Shown here piece by piece: positions 13,101-24,170 of a stretch of DNA of 64,000 nt. Within the stretch, counting starts at the first letter, position 1. Each line of letters opens with the position of its first letter. The notes under the pieces are model-generated. The model saw only the letters and a list, made by a program, of their open reading frames with translations. It searched no databases and was not told the DNA's origin. Both the position numbers and the translations under genes were made by a program. The stretch spans positions 13,888,001-13,952,000 of the forward strand of contig NC_091999.1 in assembly GCF_044704955.1 (NCBI RefSeq), in the 5' to 3' direction. The DNA is from Pristiophorus japonicus. Its lineage: Eukaryota.

Positions 13101-16071
13101 TAACCGCCTGCTGCATCTGCATGCAAACCTTCAATGACTGATGTACTATGACACCCAGATCTCGTTACACCTCCCCTTTTCCTAATCTGTCACCATTCAG
13201 ATAATAGTCTGTCTCTCTGTTTTTACCACCAAAGTGGATAACCTCACATTTATCCACATTATACTTCATCTGCCATGCATTTACCCACTCACCTAACCTA
13301 TCCAAGTCACTCTGTAGCCTCATAGCATCCTCCTCGCAGCACACACTGCCACCCAACGTAGTGTCATCCGCAAATTTGGAGAAACTACATTTAATCCCCT
13401 CGTCTAAATTATTAATGTACAGTGTGAACAGCTGGGGCACCAGCACAGAACCTTGCGGTACCCCACTAGTCACTGCCTGCCATTCTGAAAAGTATCCATT
13501 TACTCCGACTCTTTGCTTCCTGTCTGACAACCAGTTCTCAATCCATGTCAGCACACTACCCCCAATCCCATGTGCTTTAACTTTGCACATTATTCTCTTG
13601 TGTGGGACCTTGTCGAAAGCCTTCTGAAAGTCCAAATATACCACATCAACTGGTTCTCCGTTGTCCACTCTACTAGAAACATCCTCAAAAAATTCCAGAA
13701 GGTTTGTCAGGCATAATTTCCCTTTCACAAATCCATGCTGACTTGGACCTATCATGTCACCTCTTTCCAAATGCTCTGCTATGACATCCTTAATAATTGA
13801 TTCCATCATTTTACCCACTACTGAGTTCAGGCTGACCGGTCTATAATTCCCTGTTTTCTCTCTCCCTCCTTTTTTAAAAAGTGGGGTTACATTGGCTACC
13901 CTCCACTCGATAGGAACTGATCCAGAGTATATGGAATGTTGGAAAATGACTGTCAATGCATCTGTTATTTCCAAGGCCACCTCCTCAAGTACTCTGGGAT
14001 GCAGTCCATCAGACCTTGGGGATTTATCGGCCTTCAATCCCATCAATTTCCCCAACACAATTTCCCAACTAATAAGGATTTCCCTCAGTTCCTCCTTCTT
14101 ACTAGACCCTCTGATGCCTTTTATATCCGGAAGGTTGTTTGTGTCCTCCTTAGTGAATACCGAACCAAAGTACTTGTTCAATTGGCCTGCCATATCTTTG
14201 TTCCCAGTTACGACTTCCCCTGATTCTGACTGCAGGGGACCTACGTTTGTCTTTACTAACCTTTTTCTCTTTACATATCTATCGAAACTTTTGCAGTCCG
14301 TCTTAATGTTCCCTGCAAAATGTTGCCGTACTCCATTTTCCCTGCCCTAATCAAACCCTTTGTCCTCCTCTGCTGAGTTCTAAATTTCTCCCAGTCCCCA
14401 GGTGCACTTATATTTCTGGCCAATTTGTATGCCACTTCCTTGGCTTTAATACTCTCCCTGATTTCCCTTGATAGCCACGGTTAAGCCACCTTCCCTTTTT
14501 TATTTTTTACGCTGGACAGGAATGTACAATTGTTGTAGTTCATCCATGCGGTCTCTAAATGTCTGCCATTGCCCATCCACAGTCAACCCCTTATGTATCA
14601 TTCGCCAATCTATCCAAGCCAATTCACGCCTCATACCTTCAAAGTTACCCTCCTTTAAGTTCTGGACCATGGTCTCTGAATTAACTGTTTCATTCTCCAT
14701 CCTAATGTAGTATTCCACCATAATATGGTCACTCTTCCCCAAGGGGCCTCGCACAACGAGATTGCTAATTAATCCTCTCTCATTACACAACACCCAGTCT
14801 AAGATGGCCTCCCCCCTAGTTGGTTCCTCGACATATTGGTCGAGAAAACCATCCCTTATGCACTCCAGGAAATCCTCCTCCACCGTATTGCTTCCAGTTT
14901 GGTTAGCCCAATCTATATGCATATTAAAGTCACCCATTATAACTGCTGCACCTTTATTGCATGCACCCCTAATTTCCTGTTTGATGCCCTCCCCAACATC
15001 ACTGCTACTGTTTGGAGGTCTGTACACAACTCCCACTAACGTTTTTTGCCCTTTGGTTTTCTGCAGCTCTACCCATATAGATTCCACATCATCCAAGCTA
15101 ATGTCCTTCCTAACTATTGCATTAATCTCCTCTTTAAATAGCAATGCTACCCCTCCTCCTTTTCCTTTTATTCTATCCTTCCTGAATGTTGAATACCCAT
15201 GGATGTTGAGTTTCCAGCCCTGATAATCCTGGAGCCACGACTCTGTAATCCCAATCACATCATATCTGTTGACAACTATTTGCACAGTTAATTCATCCAC
15301 CTTATTACGGATACTCCTTGAATTAAGACACAAAGCCTTCAAGCTTGTTTTTTTAACACCCTTTGTCCTTTTAGAATTTTGCTGTACAGTGGCCCTTTTT
15401 GTTTTTTGCCTTGGGTTTCTCTGCCCTCCACTTTTACTCATCTCCTTTCTGTCTTTTGCTTTTGTCTCCTTTTTGTTTCCCTCTGTCTCCCTGCATTGGT
15501 TCCCATCCCCCTGCCATATTAGTTTAACTCCTCCCCAACAGCACTAGCAAACACTCCCCCAGGTGCAGACCGTCCGATTTGTACTGGTCCCACCTCCCCC
15601 AGAACCGGTTCCAATGCCTCAGGAATTTGAATCCCTCCCTGCTGCACCACTGCTCAAGCCACGTATCCATCTGCGCTATCCTGCGATTCAGATACAGAAT
15701 TCTGACAAAAGATTGGAGTCGAATACTGTGACTCAAAAGGCAGGCAAAAGGGTTGGGGAGTATGGGGAACGAAAGTGGATTGAATACAAAAACCACTCTG
15801 GGGCTGATGACCCCAACAGAAATGATGCAGCATTCTTGAAAATGTTGAAGAACGGACGAGGAAAGACACATCAAAATATAATTAAGTACGGATTTAAGAT
15901 AGGAGATGATTATGATGAAACTTTGGAATGGGCAGATGTGTCGATTAACTATATCAGTTAGTCCATCCCGAGGGAGAGAAGCCTCCTTTTAGCGCAACGA
16001 GCGGGCAGGTATCGATTAACAACATCAGTTAGTCCACCTTGAAGGAGAGAAGCCTCCTTTTTACCCCAACA
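10163..16071 (+). mobile_element. LTR/ERV-like remnant 2 (5' LTR ~10163-10665, PBS-Ser(CGA), gag-like remnant split by a CR1, partial 3' LTR 15930-16071)
   Basis: LTR ends ...CCCCTACA, followed by TGGCGTCATGAACAGGAT (10668-10685, one mismatch to the tRNA-Ser(CGA) complement). AATAAA at 10459. 10524-10665 is repeated at 15930-16071 ending CA. Gag-capsid-like peptide TQKAGKRVGEYGERKWIEYKNHSG...FLKMLKNG at ~15730-15870. Confidence 0.75.
12438..15689 (-). mobile_element. Young CR1 LINE (end of ORF1 plus full-length ORF2 APE-RT, few disruptions)
   Basis: (AAACATAG)n tail at 12438. ORFs 14500-15441 (APE: LCLNSRSIRNK, GITESW, GDFN, SDH), 13165-14193 (RT: [13 protein letters not shown]) and 12535-13134. 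Confidence 0.95.
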
Positions 16072-18030
16072 CCTCCCCTCCTCACATCTCTCCTCTGATC
16101 ATCTCCTCTCTCCCCTACCTTCTCCCCTCCGCTACACTATTCTCTTCTCCTACCCTCACGTCTACCCTCTCCTCTTCTCTCCCCAGTCCTCTCCTCTAAT
16201 CCCCTCCCCTCTTCACTCCGCTTTCCTCTCCTCTCCTCTCATCACATCCACTCTCCGTTCCACTACTCTCCCCTGCTCTGCTTTCTTCTCCCCTCTCCTC
16301 CCCTACACTCTCGTCCCCCCCTGCTCATCTCTACCCTCCTCTCTCCCCTCGTCTCTCTTTGCTTCCCCTCTCCACTACTCACCTCCTCTCGCCTCTCCTC
16401 TCCTCCACACTCCTCTCCTCTCCCCACTCCTCTGCTCACCTCCTTTTCCTTTCATCTTATCTCCTCCTCTCCCCTCTCCTCCCCACTCGGCTCGTCCCTT
16501 CTCCCCTCTCCTCTCCACTGCTCTTCTCACCTGTCTTCCCGTTCTCTCCTCTCCTCCCCTTTCAGCTGTTCTCCTCAACTCTCTTGTGTCCTCATTTTCT
16601 CCCCTCTCGCCTACCTTCTCCATGCTCTACTCCATTCTCCCATCTCCCCAACCCTCTTCTCCTCCCCTTTCCTCTCCTCCATTCTCCTCTCATCTCCTGT
16701 CCTCTGCTCTCTCATATCCACTCATCTCCTCTCCTCCCCTATCCTCTCCTCTTCTCTCCCGATTTTAAGTCGCTTCTCTCTCCACTCTCCTCTCTTATCT
16801 CCACTCCAATCATCTCGAATCCTCTCCCCTAAATTCTCCCCTCCTCTCCTCTCCCCTCCTCCTCATCTCTTCTCCCCTTTCATTTTAAGTCCTCTCCTCA
16901 CTTGTGCCCTCTGATTTTCTCCCCTCTCCCCTCCTACCCGCTCCTCTCCTTCCCTCTGCTCTCCTGAACCCTCTCCACTCCGCTCCGCCCCTCCTACCCT
17001 CTCTGCTCTCCTTTCCTCAACCCTCTTTTCACCTCCTCCTCTCATTCAGTCTTCTGCCTCCTCTCCTCTCCCCTAACTTCACCACCCCTCTTTTCCATTC
17101 ATCTCTACTCACCTATCCGCTACCCACTCCTCTCCTGCCCTCTCTTCTACTCTCCTCCCTTGTCCCCTCTCTTGTCCTCTCCTCTCCTCTCATCTACTAC
17201 CCTCCTCTCTCCACTCTGCTTTCTTCTTTTCTCTCCTCTCTTCTCATCTCCTCTCTGTTGCTCGACTCTCCACAGCTCTTCTCTCCTCCACTCTCCTCTC
17301 CACTTCCCCGCTCTTCTCCCCTCCCTTCTCGCCTCTGCTCTCCCCGCCCTCTTCCTCTCCTCTGATGGACTCTCCTCTGCTCTCCCACCGCCCTTCCCCT
17401 CTCCTCTACTCTCCTTCCCTCGCATCCTCTCTCCCCTCTCCACTTCTCTCCATGCCTCCCTTCTCCGCTCTGCTCCTCTCATCTCTCCCCTACCTTCTTC
17501 CCACCTCTACTCCACTCTCCTCTCCTCCCCTCTCCACTACATTCTCATCTCCACTCCCCTCGCCTCTCCACTCGTCTCATCCCTCTACTCTACCTTCTCC
17601 TCACCTCTATTCCACTCTCCTCTCCTTCCATCTCCCCTGCACTATCATCTCCATTCCCCCCTCACCTCTCTTCCCCTCTCGTATTTTCTCCTCTCCCCTC
17701 TTTTCTCCTCTCCTCTACTCATCTCTGCTCCCCTCTCTACTTCCTCTCTCATCTATCCTATCCTCCACTAACCTCTGCTCCCCTTCCTGCTCATCTTCTC
17801 TCTTTCCTTCTCCCACCCTCTCCTCTCACCTCCTATCCTCTACTCTGCTCTGCTGTCTTCTCCACTCCACTCATCTCCTCCCCTCACCTCTGCTCTCCTA
17901 TTCCCTTCCTCTCCTCCACACTCATCTCCTCGCGTCTACTCACCTCCCGCCTCCTGTTCTCTCTCTTCTCCCCTCCTCACCTCTCTGCTCCTTTCATCTC
18001 CATTCCTCACCTCCAGTCTCTCCATTCCCT
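16072..18030. repeat. ~2-kb polypyrimidine (CTCTC/CTCCT) low-complexity tract
   Basis: Strongly C/T-dominated on the + strand. Confidence 0.95.
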
Positions 18031-18094
18031 GCACTGAGGAAAATACACGATTTGATGGCGTGTGACTGTCAGTATGGCATCGGTCTCCATGAAT

Positions 18095-18452
18095 CCTTAC
18101 TGACCATTGTAATAACAGCACACATGTATCCTTACTCACCAATATGTTATCTGTCCCCATGTGCCCTTACTGACCTCTGTATTATCTGTCCCCATGAACC
18201 GTTACTGACCAATATATTATCTGCCGCATGTACCCTTACTGACCATTGTATTATCAGTCCCATGTACCCTTACTGACAATTGTATTATCAGTCCTCATGT
18301 ACCCTTACTGACCATTATATTATCAGTCCTCATGTATCCTTGCTGGCCATTGTGTGATCAGTCGTCATATATCTTTACTGACCATTGTATTATCAGTGCC
18401 CATGTATCCTTAATTAGCACTGCACTGTCAGTCCCCATGTATGTTACTGACC
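18095..18452. repeat. 34-35-bp minisatellite
   Basis: About 10 copies of CCCATGTACCCTTACTGACCATTGTATTATCAGT. Confidence 0.9.
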
Positions 18453-18711
18453 TTTACTTAGAAATCTATCCTTCCATTTGTTTTATTTCACTTGTGTTAC
18501 CCCGAGAAGTGAATTGAAAATCTGAAATTACAGAGTTATTTTACATCTCAGTGATAATAGAAACTCCCTAAATGAAAGCTGCTCCCTTCACATGCATGCT
18601 GTGATTCTGTGGAATTAACTATTTCTGCTTTTACCAATAGTGCTTGGTTTTGGATAAAGTTATTTGATCTGAAAGCCACGTTGCTTTTAAGATATTTTGC
18701 AATTGAAAGTG

Positions 18712-18816
18712 ATGCAAATAAAAGATTCGGACAACTTGTGTATTCAGTGACTGTGATTAATATCCTTCAGTGTGCAGTTTAATTGTCTCACTGGAGAGTT
18801 CCCTCAGGCTATAAAT
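18712..18816 (+). promoter_or_regulatory. Candidate promoter of the GPCR pseudogene (octamer plus TATA)
   Basis: ATGCAAAT at 18712-18719 and TATAAAT at 18810-18816, about 95 nt upstream of ATG 18909. Confidence 0.35.
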
Positions 18817-18908
18817 AGGGATTTTTTCCCCAGTCTGTACAGCAATGTTTGACTGAAGTTGTTGTCTAAAACGAACAGCGCTCATTGGAGCTCACAGAAA
18901 GTCAAATC

Positions 18909-21468
18909 ATGTTCTGGGAGATTCCAACTCAACTTTGGATCCTGTGGGCACTTGTCAAAGTAGAACGTATTTATTAGCCGCTCCTCGCTCCTGTTGGTGT
19001 TCCTGGCGAGTCCTTCATCTGCAATTAATTATGTAACCCATGTTTCTAAGTATTTGCTGTCCTTGTCCTTTAGTTCCAGTTATTAATTGTATTCAATTTA
19101 AACCTCTTGTTCTGTGTCTGGCAATGCAAAGAAGTTTCTGTCATGTAATGTTTGATCATTTGCTGACTCGCTGCTCCCAGTTCAATAAACAGTGTGTTGT
19201 TTCCACAACTTGCTTCCAGTAATAGTGGTCTACAGGATTTGACAGAAATTTGATTTTATTGACACAAGACATGTTAGTGAACGATTATATTATTGAACAG
19301 CTTGCAGTCAGCTTTCTGCACTGATGCCCAGTGTTGCATCATAAATATGTGTTCAGCGGTAACAAGTGTTTTAAGGACCGCTGGTTATTGTTAATGACAC
19401 TGATCTGTGGAAATCAGCGTTGAGAGATCCTTCACAAATACACTGAGATATGAGAGATTATTCACTAATGATTCAGCTATAGATAGTTGTCGTAATTTCC
19501 ACCACCTCGCGCTCTGCCTCACAGTCACTAATTCCAGATGATCAGGACAGGGTTAAAACTGCAATACGTCTTCCAGTAAAATGTTTATTCAGTTGTGTTT
19601 GAATTGATTTATTTCCCTTGTTCAGCCACAGTTCAGGAGATCTCGGTGTGGACCGCATGGTAGCAACTATTCAAAATGGAGCAATATATTGTGAAATATT
19701 TCCAGTCTCAAACTTTCTCTGTCAACTGGAAGTCTGTAACTTTCTCACACCAGGTGAAAGGCAGTTGGTTGACACGGTTCCAGCTGTAAATAGACACGTT
19801 TGAAAATCTTCTGTGACATCTTACAACATGGGTCATCATCAGTCTATTGTAAAGCGACAGTCCCTTCTTTAAAGATTATTTGCAATATTGTTGAAAAGTC
19901 AGCTTAAGCCAGTTACAAAGTGTACTTTCAATACAATGGTTGGAAAGGTTCTGATTTCGACACATAATACAATTCAATTCATCTTCTTCAGCCTTCGACA
20001 CAATCTCAGTAACCTCGCCAAAGACTCCATTCCCCTCCCTGTCACAGACTCCATTCCTTTCCTTGGCCACAGACTCCATTCCCTCCTTTGGCCCCCAATT
20101 TCATTCTCCTCCCTGGACACAGATTTCATTCCCCTCGCTGTCCCCATGCTACATTCCCATCCCTGGACAATGACTCTATTCCCCTCAATGGACGCAGGCT
20201 GTTCACAAACTTGCGGCTTCTTGTGCTGAATTATTGCTTCCTCTGACTTCGATATGGCGTTATATCAGAGTCTCATTCGGAGCTTTACCCACCTGGCAAA
20301 AGTCCAATACATTAATTCTTTCAGTCATGACCCAGCACCCACACATCACACCCACCGCTTCACTCACTCCCTGTCACAACACCCAAACATCCCATCCACT
20401 GGTACATTCAGTCCAGAGCCAACACCCACACGTCCCATTCACTGGTGTAATCAATCCTGACCCAAACACCACAAGTCCTATTGGCTGGTTCATTTAATCC
20501 TGACTCATTTCACACATAATTCTTTGATGCAGCTGTTGTTGCTCTCAATCTGAAATATAAATTCCCTGTTTTTCTCTTTCTTGCAGTGAACTTAGTGATG
20601 ATAATGATCCTGTCTCAAGGAAGGTGCGGTCTCTCCAAGTGTGTCAGCCGTTACCTGGTGGCAATGGCAGCGGCGGATCTACTGGTCCTTATCCTCGACC
20701 TGATATCCAGGCAGATTCCTATTCTTTATTGGACCGCGTTTGAGTTCATGTGGAAGATTAAAGTGTGTAATATCCATGCCATCCTGCTTTACGCAGTCAC
20801 AGACTGTTCCGTCTGGTTCACACCTTTGATCGATGTATAGCCATTTGTTGTCAGAAGCTCAAAACCAAATATTGCACCGAGAAAATGGCGACTGTGGCTG
20901 TGGGAACATTGAGTGCGCTGTTCTGTGTAAAGAACACTTTCTGGTACTTTATGTTTGGAGGTATGTATCAGATTTCCAATGTTCCCTGGTTTTGTTTTGT
21001 TCGATGGGAAGTCTCTGAGTCATTAGCATGGGCAGTAATTGAATTCCTTCATTATATTATAACACCGTTTATTCCATTTGTTCTGATCCTTCTGCTCAAT
21101 GTTTTAATTGTCAGACACGTTTTAGTGTCGAGCAGAGCCCGCAGGAGACTCCGGGTCACAGCAGTGGCGAGAGTCCCAGTGACCCAGAGATGGAGAAGCG
21201 AAGGAAATCCACCATTTTACTGTTTGTTATATCCAGCAATTTTATCCTCTTATGGGCAGTGTTTCTGATATATTCTGTGGGGAATCGATTGTCTTCGTTA
21301 AACTTTATTCCTGTACATCTACCTGAATATGTACAGGAAATGGGATTTATGCTTCAGCTCCTGAGTTGCTGCACATGTATTTATGCCGTGACCCAGACGA
21401 AATTCAGAGAGGAGTTGAAGAATGTGGTGAAATATCCCTTTACTGTAATTGTTAAATGCATTAAATAA
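18909..21468 (+). pseudogene. GPR139-like class A GPCR pseudogene (exon 1 18909-19005, exon 2 20587-21468)
   Basis: Exon 1 reads MFWEIPTQLWILWALVKVERIY*PLLAPVGVP (TAG 18975-18977, GC donor). Exon 2 reads VNLVMIMILSQGRCGLSKCVSRYLVAMAAADLL...CSVWFT / FDRCIAICCQKLKTKYCTEK...PFIPFVLILLLN / DPEMEKRRKS...MLQLLSCC...IYAVTQTKFREEL, typical of the shark-expanded GPR139-like family. Frameshifts near 20822 and 21155. Confidence 0.88.
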
Positions 21469-22539
21469 TAAGAATTACACAATGTTTTGGGCGTGTATTC
21501 TGCCCAATCCGCTCATCTCTGTGATACACACACAGTGAGGCCTATTTTCATTTTTCACCGCGCGGATTCGGCGACTAACAAAAATGATAGAGGTGGGGAA
21601 GTCCACGGAGATCAGTCCCGCTGGACTCCTGCAGGTTTTATCCCCGCTAAGGCGTCTGCTGCGGCCTGGGACGGGTTTATAAAGCTCCCGACCGCCAAGA
21701 TCGCATCGGATGTGTTTACCCAAAGGGAGCGGCGCGGGGAAGGTGGCTCTGTTACTTTTCAGTCCACGGGCGGGCCGCTCAGTCCCCAGCACTCCCAGGG
21801 AAAGCTGGGGGGAAATGGCCTGGGACCAAACAACAGCCAGAGAGGGAAGGTTTCAAAGGCTCAAAGGTCAGTGCTTTCATCCTTTTGCAGGCTCCTTGTG
21901 TTATTCTCCCAGCGCCTGGTGATAGCGACGTATCCTTGTTTCAGATAATCTACCTTTGGGATTAAAGGGTCTCCTGCAGACGGAGTATATCCCAGTGACA
22001 TTCACCACTTTAACGTTCCTTTGTAAGTTTGCCTGAACAATGCGGTGATCTGCAGGATGAAGTATTCCCCGCACACACTCCACACACATTACACTCAGCT
22101 CCTCCTCACTCTCTGTAAAATCGCCGAGCTAAACATAGCCCATAATATGCAGTGTTCAGGGAGGGTGGTAACTAGCTTTGTTGCTAGGTATTGCAGTATG
22201 AGTGATGTAATAAAGCGGGGAAACTCGCATGACACTGTGCCTGAGTATTGTGACATCACAGACCTGCCCTTCTGACCACGCCCTGGTCTGTGGTTGACCC
22301 AGAATCGCATTTCAGACATCCCATCTCCTTCACCAATCACTTCACATAGAGTTACTTAATGTCTGCAGCACAGAAATAGGCCATTCGGTGCTCGCGGCTG
22401 CAAACTGGTCTGAGGTGGTTCCCCTGAGGTTTCCCTGGGGGTGCTGGGAGTTAGCAGCCCGTCTGCCTGTGGACTGCAAATTTACAGAGCGACCTTCCCC
22501 ACCCCAACCCTTTCGGCCCAGCAGAGCATGCCAGAACTT

Positions 22540-24125
22540 ACTCTATCACCACATCCTGATCTTAAACGGAGTGCACAAAGAGAGTGGTAAATTTGGGAAC
22601 GTAGAGAAAGTGAGATTCAGTGGTAAGTCCGGGGTGAGTCTGGCTGAGTATTAGCTGTAAGAAGGGAAATTTAGATTAACGTTTTGAATTGAACTTAGAA
22701 CTTTAAAAACAGAAGTTAGCAGAAACTGCCTGTTAGTGGTAGTTAACTATCAGTCAGCTGTAAGTGTTAGTCTTAAATATGTGCTAATTACTGCGAGCAA
22801 TGGGCATGGAGCTGAGACAGCACTTGTAACTTGTGTGTGGCTCCAAAGGTATAAAAGAAAACACGAACTGCTGATTCACAGTGATACCAAATTCCGTTTA
22901 ATGAGAGTTTGAATGGGAACAGTGGTTGAAGGAGGTGCTGCTTTGGCCTCCAAAATACAGCAGGTAGATGAACGTTTGGTGAGTATTACCTTTTTTCTCG
23001 AAGCTTGATCTAAACTAAGACCTGGGAGCAATATCAATACTTAATTAAATTAATAATTTAACTATAATTACGAATTAATTAATATAATTATAAATAAGCA
23101 TTTGAATAAAAACTAAGTAATTAAATTAATTCAGTGTGTAAATAAGCAAATACATTTATAAAAAATAACTAAAGATGGCAGGGTAGGCAATGAATCGAGA
23201 CTGTAATGTGTGTGAGTTTGTGGACAGCAAATCTGTCCCACATTCCCACATCTGCAGGAAATGTCTATGCTTTGTTCGCTCTGGCTCAGGGTAATTGGGC
23301 TGGAGTGCGAGTTCGACACACTCTGAAACACACAGGATAAGTGATTTAATCCAGAAAACAGTCACATCCCACAGAAAAGCGCAGGTTCAGGAAAGTCCGT
23401 GGCTGGTTGGGTGCCGTGTAGCGAGAACTGAGAGGCTGAGAATGAGACACTGCTCCTGCCCAACAGGTATGATATACTCGTTACCTTTAATGATAAGGAT
23501 AAAGTTTGCGTGGAGGACATCCACAATACATACCAAGGTACGTGGCTCAGAAGGTTGTCCACAGGCAGAGATAGGAAGAAATATTAAACAATTACTTTGC
23601 ATCAGTATTTATCAGGGAGACAACACAGGTGGACATGACATTGGATGATATTAGAAATGAAATAACTGCATTTAAAATAACAAGAGGAAAATATTATATA
23701 AACTAATCAAACCGAAAATGGATAAAATGCCGGCTTCGGACGAATTACATCTAGGGAAGAGATAGCAGAGGCATTAATAAACATATTTAATATTTCGTTA
23801 GAATAAAGTGCAGTGCCGGAGGATTGTCAGACACCTAATGTAATACCTATTTTTAAGAAGGGAGGTAGAACGTGTCTGAGGAACTATAGTCCAGTCAACT
23901 TAACGTCGTTGGTAGGAAAAATAATGGATTCCCTACTAAAGGAGAAAGTGGAAGAACAACTAGAAACCAAAAATGAATAGTCAGCATGGATTATAAAAGG
24001 GAAAGTCTTGAATTGACCAAATTTTTTGAATTTTTCGAAGAGGTAACAGATAGCGTAAACTAGCGTAATCTAATTTATCTAGATTTCCAAAGGCCTTCGA
24101 TAAGATACCCCATAATAGACTGAAA
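22540..24125 (+). mobile_element. Old degenerate CR1 (5' region, ORF1 zinc-finger remnant, ORF2 fragments)
   Basis: HICRKC-like motif at ~23250; ANVIPIFKKG...NYSPVNLTS and SQHG/LDFQKAFDK-like remnants at 23830-24110. Confidence 0.65.
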
Positions 24126-24170
24126 GGGCAGATCACAAATCGTAATTACAATTAATAATAATAATTGGGA

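Noticed and set aside
16359-18276. Long Leu/Ser/Pro-rich ORFs (up to 303 aa)
   Set aside because: Stop-codon depletion in the polypyrimidine tract; no domain structure
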